DNA of 22,602 nucleotides from Candidatus Hydrogenedentota bacterium (GTDB taxonomy: Bacteria; Hydrogenedentota; Hydrogenedentia; Hydrogenedentales; SLHB01), in assembly GCA_045863295.1 (NCBI GenBank), contig BTWA01000061.1, positions 1-22,602 of the forward strand, in the 5' to 3' direction. Below, piece by piece: positions 9,096-16,588 of the stretch (position 1 is the stretch's first letter; every line of letters begins with the position of its first letter). The notes beneath the pieces were generated by a model. It worked only from the letters and a program-made list of their open reading frames with translations. It searched no databases and was not told the origin of the DNA. The position numbers and the translations under genes were made by a program.

Positions 9096-9148
9096 TTGAC
9101 ATTTTCGATTACACGTGTAATTGTATTAATTACAGACGTAATCGAAAA
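9096..9148 (+). promoter_or_regulatory. Promoter region with two BlaI/MecI/CopY-type operators
   Basis: TTGACA at 9096-9101; ATTACACGTGTAAT (9108-9121, perfect palindrome) and ATTACAGACGTAAT (9129-9142), 21 bp apart. The first matches the TACA-N2-TGTA family consensus exactly, the second with one mismatch. Confidence 0.85.
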
Positions 9149-9158
9149 GGAGCAGATC

Positions 9159-9533
9159 ATGCCTAATCTTCCCAATATTTCCGACGCCGAATGGGTCGTT
9201 ATGCGTGTGTTGTGGGATCACTCCCCGCGTACGGCCAACGAGGTAGTCGAAGCGCTTGAACGGAACACCACGTGGAATCCCCGCACCATCAAGACCCTCT
9301 TGAACCGATTGGTGAAGAAGAAGGCATTGGGGTACCAAGCCGATGGCCGAGTGTACCGGTACTACCCGCTTGTTCAGGAAGCCGAATCGGTTCGCGAGGA
9401 AAGCCGGACGTTTTTACAGCGCGTCTATCGCGGCGCGCTCACCCCAATGCTGGCTCACTTTCTCGAGTCCGAAAAGTTGAGCAAGTCCGATATCGATGAA
9501 CTCCGGCGCCTGCTGGATGAGAAAGGATCCTGA
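9159..9533 (+). CDS. blaI: BlaI/MecI/CopY family transcriptional repressor
   Basis: AAGGAG RBS; ISDAEWVVMRVLW, TIKTLLNRLVKKKAL, LSKSDIDELRRLL. The symbol is family-level only. Confidence 0.95.
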   Translation: MPNLPNISDAEWVVMRVLWDHSPRTANEVVEALERNTTWNPRTIKTLLNRLVKKKALGYQADGRVYRYYPLVQEAESVREESRTFLQRVYRGALTPMLAHFLESEKLSKSDIDELRRLLDEKGS

Positions 9534-9535
9534 CC

Positions 9536-12500
9536 ATGGATGCGTGGATGAACAACGCAATCGTCTTCCTGGGATGGGTGATTCCAACGTCAATGCAGGC
9601 AGCGGTGTTGGTGATTCTGGTTCTGTTGGTGCAGGCGTTCTTCAAACGCCAATTGACACCCCGGTGGACGTATGCGCTGTGGTTTGTCGTCGTGGTTCGG
9701 CTGTTGATGCCGACGGCCCCTTCGAGTGGTCTGAGCGTGTTCAACTTATTGCCGCTGCCGGACAATCTTGCCGCTCCGATGCTCCGTATCTTCGAACACT
9801 CCGAAACCATCGCGCAGGGCGAGGAGAACGCGCCAATTGTTTCGCAGGCCACACTTCCCCTCCCCCCCGCCACCCCGGTCGATGATTCAGGCACGATTCT
9901 GAGCCATGACCCGAATTCGGCCGCAATGCGGCAAAGCGCAGCGCAACTTTCACCCCAGGTTTCGAATGTATATATGCTGTGGACACGGGTATGGGAACGT
10001 ATGTTGGGCGTTTGGCTGGCGGGATTGGCAGCCCTGGGCGTACTCATGACCTACAGCAATTTGTCGTTGTTGCGTCGCGTCCGCCGGTGCCGCCCCGTGA
10101 CGGATCCCTCGATACTGAATGTGTTGGAGGATTGCAAGGATCGGCTGCGCGTGACGACGCCGATATCGGTCGTGGCGGTGGATTGGGATCGCGGGCCCGC
10201 GCTTTTCGGTTGGATACGGCCGCGCGTGTTGATACCGCAATCGATTGCCGTCGCCCCCGACCCCGTTGTGTTGCGGCATATCTTTTTACATGAAGTGGCG
10301 CACCACAAACGACATGACATACTCGTCAACTGGCTTACGTCCATCCTGTTGCTGGTCCATTGGTTCAACCCGCTAATCTGGTTTGCCTTTTACCGCATGC
10401 GCACGGATCGTGAGTTGGCATGCGACGCGCTTGCCTTGAGCGCGGCCGAATCCGAAGAAGCCAAAGCATATGGAAACACCATACTCAATCTGCTGGATCG
10501 CACCCGGGCGTTTCATGCGGTTCCGGGCGTTGTGGGGATTGTAGAGGGCAAGTCCGCTCTCAAGAGGAGAATTGCCATGATCGCGCTATTCAAGAAGGGA
10601 TCCTATGGCTGGTCCGTATTGGCATTGGCCGTCTTGGCCGTTCTGGCGTGTGTGGGATTGACCAACGCACGAACGGAAAACGCGCTGAAGAAATCGGAAG
10701 AAGGCGTCCAGGCAAGAATTGGTATCGCGAAAGCCGACGAGCCCAAGCCGGAAGCGCCCGAGTGGGCGAGAGAACTGCTTGATACTCCTGTGAATATCGA
10801 ATTCGAAGACGAGCACATTCAGAATGTGTTGGGATTTGTCGGGGAATATGTCGACGCCAACTTTGTAGTGGACACACGCGCCGTGCGTCCTTCCGACGAA
10901 GTGGCGGATTCCAACAACACCGAAGGCACACGCTTGAGTGGTATCGTCACAAGTATCAAATTGAGTGACGTAACACTTCGCGCCGCGCTTTCTGCACTGT
11001 TGCGGCCGCTTGGGCTGGACTATGCTTTTGAGGAAGGCTATTTCTGGATATCCAGCCCGGAGTTGTTGATGGCTGAAGGGTTTGTAGGTCAAATCGGCAC
11101 CAAGGGGATGGAATCCGGAACGACGGAATCCGGCAAACCGGCTGCCAAAAGATTCGCAAGCGAAAAGTCAGGTCAACAAGCCGGTCCGGGTAGGCCCATG
11201 GATACGATCGAGGAGGGCGGCGTCTCCCCAAAGTTGCGTTCGCAAGATCAGAACCAGCTCAAGCAAATGGGTATCGTGTTCAAGATGTTTGCGAATGAAT
11301 CCGAAGGAGGACGATTTCCAGCCGTGGATTCGAGGCCGGGATTCCTGGTTCCCTCCAAGGACGAGATCTACCCTGAATATGTGTCGGATTTGACCGTGAT
11401 GATCAATCCGTGGAAGAAACTGCCGAAAAAGGGCGAAGCCGACGCCTATTTCTACAGCGACAGCTATTGGTATTTGCCGTATGCGGTGAACACCGAGGCC
11501 ATGGGAATGGAACTGATCAAGGCGTATGAATCGACTGTTGCCAAAGGCGAGCCGCTCCCGGACAGGTGGGCATACAAGGATTCAGATGGAAACGAATTCC
11601 ATTTACACCGTTTAAAGGAAGGCATCGAGCGATTCTTCATCACCGACATCAATGACCCTGCGGCCTCCGCGAAACACCAATCGCAAATCCCAGTCATGTT
11701 CAGCGCTCCGACTCAATTTTCCGATGCTGGCGTGATTGGCGGAAACGTGCTGTTTCTGGATGGACACGTAGAATTTGTGAAGTTTCCGGGCCGCTTTCCG
11801 ATGACCCCTGACTTCCTGCAAGGGCTTGAGAATCTGAAGAAGTACCGCAAGGTCAACGTGTCAAGTCGTTCAGCGGGCGAGATGAGCGAGAAGCAAATGA
11901 TTGCATCGGATCAGAACAATCTCAAGCAGTTGGGACTGGTATTAAAGATGTTTGCCAATGAGCAACGAGGCGAGGTGTATCCAAAGATAGACATGCGGCC
12001 AGGGCATGTCATCATGGATAAAGGATCGATTTATCCCGAGTATTTGAACGATCCGAACGTGCTGCTCAGCCCGTGGTCCGAGCGCCCCGACAGCAAGGAT
12101 ATCGATGCTTTCTTCGACGATACGAGTTACTGGTACATTCCGTATGCGACGCAAGAGGAAGCGGCCGGCCTTGCGTTCGTGAAAACCTATCGAACGACAG
12201 TACTGAAAGGGCAAACATTGCCAGAAGAAGTCGATTTTGATTCGGCGAATGGTCCACAGAAAATGCATTTGTTCCGCGAGGGGATCGAGCGGTATTTCAT
12301 AACCGACATCAATGACCCGAACCAAGCCGCCAAGCAACAGTCCAGTACTCCCGTAATCGTGGGGCGTCCTCGTACGTGGGCCGACGGACGCACTGGGGGC
12401 AACGTATTGTATATGGACGGTCATGTGGAATTTGTTGAGTTTCCGGGCAAGTATCCAATGACATCTGAATTCATTGGCTCTTTGCGTGGATTGGACGGCA

Positions 12501-12964
12501 TCGAGAACGCGAATCATGCGGGAGCGGAAACCGCGGACGATAAAACATCTCGTCTACAAATCCGTTGGGTTGCCAAGGAAGGCGATACTGCCAACGCGGA
12601 GACATTTGAACGGGCAGGCAAAGAAGGCTCGGAAGCGCAGGTTGCCGTCGATGTCGAAGTCTTGATTCGCGACTCCGACGTGGCCGCGGCTGCCGTTAGT
12701 CCGGATACTGCCCCTAATAGCTTTGTTGTGACCGCCATTCTGAACGAGGAAGCAGCCCCGCGCCTCCAGAAAAGCTCACGCGAGAATATTGGGCGGAAAT
12801 TGGCGATTATTTTCGACAACCGCGTCGTCTGCACACCGGCGGTCCGAGCCGAAGTAGGTAACGTTGTCCAGATTACGGGCAATTTCACAAAGGAACAGGC
12901 AGAAGAAATTGCGCATGCATTGTCTGAGACATCAAACGACGAGAAGCCTGCGGAACAAGGTTGA
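9536..12964 (+). CDS. M56 (BlaR1-type) membrane metallopeptidase/sensor fused to STN-like, two DUF1559/H-X9-DG-like and SecD-P1-head-like domains
   Basis: YALWFVVVVRLLMP, GPALFGWIRPRVLIP, HEVAH (10289-10303), HWFNPLIW, DRELACD, LKRRIAMI. Then an STN-like region (~10775-11065), repeats at ~11235-11830 and ~11897-12500, and RENIGRKLAIIFDNRVVCTPAVRAEV..QITGNFT.EQAEEIA. No penicillin-binding domain. Confidence 0.92.
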   Translation: MDAWMNNAIVFLGWVIPTSMQAAVLVILVLLVQAFFKRQLTPRWTYALWFVVVVRLLMPTAPSSGLSVFNLLPLPDNLAAPMLRIFEHSETIAQGEENAPIVSQATLPLPPATPVDDSGTILSHDPNSAAMRQSAAQLSPQVSNVYMLWTRVWERMLGVWLAGLAALGVLMTYSNLSLLRRVRRCRPVTDPSILNVLEDCKDRLRVTTPISVVAVDWDRGPALFGWIRPRVLIPQSIAVAPDPVVLRHIFLHEVAHHKRHDILVNWLTSILLLVHWFNPLIWFAFYRMRTDRELACDALALSAAESEEAKAYGNTILNLLDRTRAFHAVPGVVGIVEGKSALKRRIAMIALFKKGSYGWSVLALAVLAVLACVGLTNARTENALKKSEEGVQARIGIAKADEPKPEAPEWARELLDTPVNIEFEDEHIQNVLGFVGEYVDANFVVDTRAVRPSDEVADSNNTEGTRLSGIVTSIKLSDVTLRAALSALLRPLGLDYAFEEGYFWISSPELLMAEGFVGQIGTKGMESGTTESGKPAAKRFASEKSGQQAGPGRPMDTIEEGGVSPKLRSQDQNQLKQMGIVFKMFANESEGGRFPAVDSRPGFLVPSKDEIYPEYVSDLTVMINPWKKLPKKGEADAYFYSDSYWYLPYAVNTEAMGMELIKAYESTVAKGEPLPDRWAYKDSDGNEFHLHRLKEGIERFFITDINDPAASAKHQSQIPVMFSAPTQFSDAGVIGGNVLFLDGHVEFVKFPGRFPMTPDFLQGLENLKKYRKVNVSSRSAGEMSEKQMIASDQNNLKQLGLVLKMFANEQRGEVYPKIDMRPGHVIMDKGSIYPEYLNDPNVLLSPWSERPDSKDIDAFFDDTSYWYIPYATQEEAAGLAFVKTYRTTVLKGQTLPEEVDFDSANGPQKMHLFREGIERYFITDINDPNQAAKQQSSTPVIVGRPRTWADGRTGGNVLYMDGHVEFVEFPGKYPMTSEFIGSLRGLDGIENANHAGAETADDKTSRLQIRWVAKEGDTANAETFERAGKEGSEAQVAVDVEVLIRDSDVAAAAVSPDTAPNSFVVTAILNEEAAPRLQKSSRENIGRKLAIIFDNRVVCTPAVRAEVGNVVQITGNFTKEQAEEIAHALSETSNDEKPAEQG

Positions 12965-13076
12965 GTCGTAGCGTTAGGCGTCTCGTCAATGATCGAATCA
13001 GAAGGTAATTGCCATTCTCGTCTTGAAAGCGCATTCTTTCTGGTAGCGTCATTGAAGCGGTCAGCAGAGGTGCCCG

Positions 13077-14747
13077 ATGCGTAATATCATCTTGTTGTGT
13101 TTGGGCGTCCTGATTGTGGGGGTGGCCGGGGGTCTGATTTGGAATCTGATGCAGCAGCGGGCTCCCGAACCGCCTCCCGCGCTTTCTGATACGCACCGGG
13201 AACCTACACCGGCGGTACCGCCTGCCGCTACACCTCCCCCCTCACCTCAAGCTACCTCACCCGACCCGCTGCCTATGGCCGAGAGCGTAAGGCCGCTTGC
13301 TCTTCCCTATGTTCTCAAAGGCACCGTCGTGGGACCAGTGTCAATAGCCATGATTGCCAATACGGATACGGGCGCGGAGGGCAAGTATTCCGAGGGTGAG
13401 TTACTGGAGCCGGGCGTCGTGGTAAACGCCATTAATAACCGTCAAGTCGTATTGGAGGCTCGAGGTGAAATCGTCATCCTCGAAATGGGTACGGATTTGA
13501 ATGGGACTTTGCCGGATCTCTCGGGAACGTGGAGGGCTGAGGTTGTCGATGATAATGGCAATGGGGTTGAGTCCGTGGATGTGAGCCTTTCCCAATCCGG
13601 CAATGAACTGACCATCAGCGTTGACAATAGTACCTTCTCGGGGACCCTTGTGGGTTTGCAGGTGCAGTTTAAAGGACTGATAAATGACAACGACGCCACA
13701 ATCACTGGTTCTTTTGACCCACTGGGGACTGTCTACAAAGGCGAAATGCGGTCTTTGGCGCCCGAGGCGGCACAGACGAATGAAATGGTCATGGCTGTCA
13801 CAATGACGCGCCTGACACAAGAACAAATAGTCATAGATGTCCTAAAAGTGAGCCGCGAAAAGGAACTACTGAAAGCGCTGCGCACCGTGTACGCGAGTCT
13901 GAAAGAGTTCGCTGAACAGAACAATGGAATTCCCCCCAGGACACTGGAGGAACTCGCATCCAAGAATCCGGATTTGCTGAATGCGTTAACCCAGGAAGGC
14001 ACACAGGTCACGTATTACAACAACGCCTTCCGGCACGATAAACAGGTGGAGGCCATACGGCGGTCGTTCTATGCCGAAGGCACACCAACGGTGGATCAAT
14101 TGCGGGCCATGGAGGCGGCGTTGACGGAAGTCTGGGGTGGACAGAGTCCATACGCTCGACCCCTAATACGTGTGCAAGACAACAGGACCGGCATTTCCAT
14201 ATCCATGGACGGATTTGGAAGCATCTCGAACGAAAACGATTCTCGGTACGATTCGGCACGCGGCAATGCGGACGAGCCCGTGGTGCGCGCCATGATTGCA
14301 TCGGATCAAAACAACATGAAGCAGTTGGGATTAGTGATCAAGATGTTCATGAACGAGCACGACAACATTATGCCGCCGGGTTGGAATTCGGTCTACCCGG
14401 AGTACCTGACCGATATGAATGTATTGCGTTCTCCTTGGGATGCCCCGGGCGAGCAGTCTTATGAATACCTGTTCCCTACTGCCACGGAGGAGAGCTTGCT
14501 TCAACTGGCGGCTGATTTGGTGAATTCAGGTCAAATCGCATCCGAGGACCTGGGGACAGACAACCCTCAGGCCTTGAACGCGCAGTTGATGAGCAAGGTT
14601 CCAATCCTGTTCAACCAGGCTGAGCTGCCGCGAACCCCCGGCCGGCCGGCGGCACGAAATGTGTTGTTCCTGGACGGCCATGTGGAAGTCGTACCCACGA
14701 GTGAATGGAACGCCCGCATCACGCCCTTTCAACAAAGAGCGGGCTAA
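13077..14747 (+). CDS. Membrane-anchored protein: GspC/PilP-like beta domain plus C-terminal DUF1559/H-X9-DG-like domain
   Basis: N-terminal TM helix; Pro-rich linker; LKGTVVGPVSIAMI...YSEGELLEPGVVVNAINNRQVVLEARGEIVILEM; C-terminal ASDQNNMKQLGLVIKMF...RNVLFLDGHVE. Confidence 0.8.
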   Translation: MRNIILLCLGVLIVGVAGGLIWNLMQQRAPEPPPALSDTHREPTPAVPPAATPPPSPQATSPDPLPMAESVRPLALPYVLKGTVVGPVSIAMIANTDTGAEGKYSEGELLEPGVVVNAINNRQVVLEARGEIVILEMGTDLNGTLPDLSGTWRAEVVDDNGNGVESVDVSLSQSGNELTISVDNSTFSGTLVGLQVQFKGLINDNDATITGSFDPLGTVYKGEMRSLAPEAAQTNEMVMAVTMTRLTQEQIVIDVLKVSREKELLKALRTVYASLKEFAEQNNGIPPRTLEELASKNPDLLNALTQEGTQVTYYNNAFRHDKQVEAIRRSFYAEGTPTVDQLRAMEAALTEVWGGQSPYARPLIRVQDNRTGISISMDGFGSISNENDSRYDSARGNADEPVVRAMIASDQNNMKQLGLVIKMFMNEHDNIMPPGWNSVYPEYLTDMNVLRSPWDAPGEQSYEYLFPTATEESLLQLAADLVNSGQIASEDLGTDNPQALNAQLMSKVPILFNQAELPRTPGRPAARNVLFLDGHVEVVPTSEWNARITPFQQRAG

Positions 14748-14792
14748 CCCACGCTCCTCGCGCTCACGTAGTGGAATCCAGTGCGCATTTTT

Positions 14793-14801
14793 TGCTACGC
14801 T
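14793..14801 (+). promoter_or_regulatory. Possible extended -10 promoter for the tRNA
   Basis: TG-C-TACGCT, 16 nt before the tRNA 5' end. Confidence 0.35.
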
Positions 14802-14817
14802 ATGCGACCGTTCGTGT

Positions 14818-14891
14818 GCCGACGTAGCTCAGTTGGTTAGAGCAGCGGAATCATAATCCGCGTGTCCGGGGTTCGAGTCCCTGCGTCGGCA
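14818..14891 (+). tRNA. tRNA-Met (anticodon CAT, elongator-type; CCA not encoded)
   Basis: Acceptor stem GCCGACG/CGTCGGC plus discriminator A; D arm AGCTCAGTTGGTTAGAGC; anticodon arm GCGGA-ATCATAA-TCCGC; T loop GTTCGAGTC. Paired G1-C72 and no GGG/CCC anticodon stem, so not an initiator. Ile2 is not formally excluded. Confidence 0.95.
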
Positions 14892-14972
14892 CTTCTTTTT
14901 AGCTAACCGTTCAATCACAAGCACTTACGAATAAATACCCATACAAAAACAGCGCGGAATCCACTGAAAATC

Positions 14973-15035
14973 TGGCGCAAAGTGGCGCAAAACGTGGCGC
15001 ACGCATGGCGCACAGCCTCGAAGGTGAGTGGCGCA
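14973..15035 (+). repeat. Five TGGCGCA direct repeats, candidate tyrosine-integrase arm-type binding sites
   Basis: Copies start at 14973, 14983, 14995, 15006 and 15029 (spacings 10, 12, 11, 23), 80-145 bp from the tRNA 3' end. Confidence 0.7.
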
Positions 15036-15036
15036 C

Positions 15037-15080
15037 AAATAAAAATCCCTGTCTGGCGCGTGAAATTTGACCAGACAGGG
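15037..15080 (-). terminator. Probable intrinsic terminator of the minus-strand phage operon
   Basis: CCCTGTCTGG (15047-15056) / CCAGACAGGG (15071-15080), followed on the minus strand by ATTTTTATTT. A second hairpin, CCGATGC/GCATCGG, is at 15085-15109. Confidence 0.7.
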
Positions 15081-15116
15081 GCCACCGATGCGCCGGGCAG
15101 AGGCATCGGGTAGGGG

Positions 15117-16301
15117 TTATTCGGTGAGCACGGCGCGGATGCGCAAGGCCCAATATGCGGGGTATTCCATCGACACCCGCGAATCCTTGTACCAACTACC
15201 GGGCGCAGCCCCCGAATCGTATTCGAACGCCTCGTCTGCGCCGTAGCCCGCGCCAGGGTATTCGTTAGTCACGGCCGCCACGGATTCGCCGTCCGCCCAC
15301 TCAATGAGCAATTCGGCGAGGTCATTCACAAGCGCGATCTCGACTGCAGTCAAATCCTCCGTATCCGGGATTTGCGAGGGAAGCCATTCGTACAGTTCCT
15401 CTGGCGCGTAGGCACCGCCAGGGTAAATGAGGTCCGCCGTGGTCCAGTGCGCCGGGTCTGAGATGTAAACCCGTAGCGCGTGCAAGATTGTCGCCGCGTT
15501 CGGGTGCGTGGTCGAAAAGCCAATTCCCGCATTGCGAGCGTATGTGGCCGTCTTGGTCAAACCAAGCACGCCATCGGGAAGAAACAGCACAGCCGAGTCA
15601 ATCGTTGCGGCATACTCCGCGCCGGCCCATGTATGCCGCTGATAGGTGGTGTGGTATTCGTGGGTCCATTGCGCCGTCCCGTAGAGCGGTGGAGTCCCTG
15701 GGTCCGCCACTACCGCGCCCGTTTGCATAACAGGCGATCCGAACGTATCGAATGCGCCGGACGCACCGACAATCGTGTTGTCGAAATCGGGCGTCCAGTT
15801 CGCTGGGTCCGGTGATGAGTGCTTATCAATCGCCTGTGTGCCGCCCGCAATACCGCCTGCCGTTCGCGGCTTGCGCGTGGGCAACAATTCGATCTGTACG
15901 TGCGTCAACGCCTCGATGATCGTTCGCATATCCGTGACAAACCCGTGCCAGTTGATCGGCTCGTCTAGCCCGAATGATTGTGAGAGATCAAGATCACCTC
16001 CAGCGCGACCGGGGCCTGTATATTCAGTCCAATCAGGATCAACAAACACTCCAGAGTCAACGCAACTTTTTAGGATCGTCTGGATGTCGTCCAGCATCCT
16101 CTTGACGCCATTCAAGCCGAGCGTTGTCACGCCTATTGGCGTATCGCTCACATGCGCAGCCCATCGCGCCTCGACGATTGCAATAAATCCGCTGTCCAAT
16201 TGTGCGACCTGATACCGTTCCTTGGCTTTCAGGAACAACTCGTACCAGAAATCATTGTCCATGAAATGAACGGTGTCTGTGTCGGTCCAAGTGATAGGCA
16301 T
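15117..16301 (-). CDS. Hypothetical acidic phage protein, likely virion/tail-associated (394 aa)
   Basis: Start MPITW at 16301 overlaps the upstream stop (TAATG). Rich in Asp, Thr, Gly and aromatics. Last gene before the terminator. Confidence 0.7.
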   Translation of the reverse strand: MPITWTDTDTVHFMDNDFWYELFLKAKERYQVAQLDSGFIAIVEARWAAHVSDTPIGVTTLGLNGVKRMLDDIQTILKSCVDSGVFVDPDWTEYTGPGRAGGDLDLSQSFGLDEPINWHGFVTDMRTIIEALTHVQIELLPTRKPRTAGGIAGGTQAIDKHSSPDPANWTPDFDNTIVGASGAFDTFGSPVMQTGAVVADPGTPPLYGTAQWTHEYHTTYQRHTWAGAEYAATIDSAVLFLPDGVLGLTKTATYARNAGIGFSTTHPNAATILHALRVYISDPAHWTTADLIYPGGAYAPEELYEWLPSQIPDTEDLTAVEIALVNDLAELLIEWADGESVAAVTNEYPGAGYGADEAFEYDSGAAPGSWYKDSRVSMEYPAYWALRIRAVLTE

Positions 16302-16588
16302 TACGGATCTATGTCCTGACCGGGTATACCGGTCGCAGTCGTTGGCTTTACGATAGGCCGCCAAAACGTGCTGTCTTGGTTTGCAAAATACGCCTGCCCG
16401 TTTGGAGCGCTGATTATTGTTGGCTTTACAGGACCTTCCGGGAATACGTCTGTGTAGTGCGCGATCGCGAACCCGCCACCGCCACCGCCAATCTGGACAG
16501 GCGGATTACCGACACGCCGCCGCAGATCGCGGATCTCAGATTGTAAGATGCGCAACTCGCCAAGCAGCATCCGCTCTGTTTCGGTCAT
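16301..16588 (-). CDS. Small phage protein with short coiled coil and Gly linker (95 aa)
   Basis: ATG at 16588 in ATGA overlap with the upstream stop; LRILQSEIRDLRRRVG...GGGGGG. Confidence 0.7.
   Translation of the reverse strand: MTETERMLLGELRILQSEIRDLRRRVGNPPVQIGGGGGGFAIAHYTDVFPEGPVKPTIISAPNGQAYFANQDSTFWRPIVKPTTATGIPGQDIDP

Noticed and set aside
9096..9158. TTG 9096 start for BlaI
   Set aside because: This is the -35 and operator region; ATG 9159 has the RBS and the family N-terminus.
9159..12964. Beta-lactam resistance locus (blaZ/mecA-type)
   Set aside because: The sensor has no penicillin-binding domain, and no beta-lactamase or PBP gene is in the window.
14818..14891. Initiator tRNA-fMet
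   Set aside because: Positions 1 and 72 are paired, and the anticodon stem lacks three consecutive G-C pairs.
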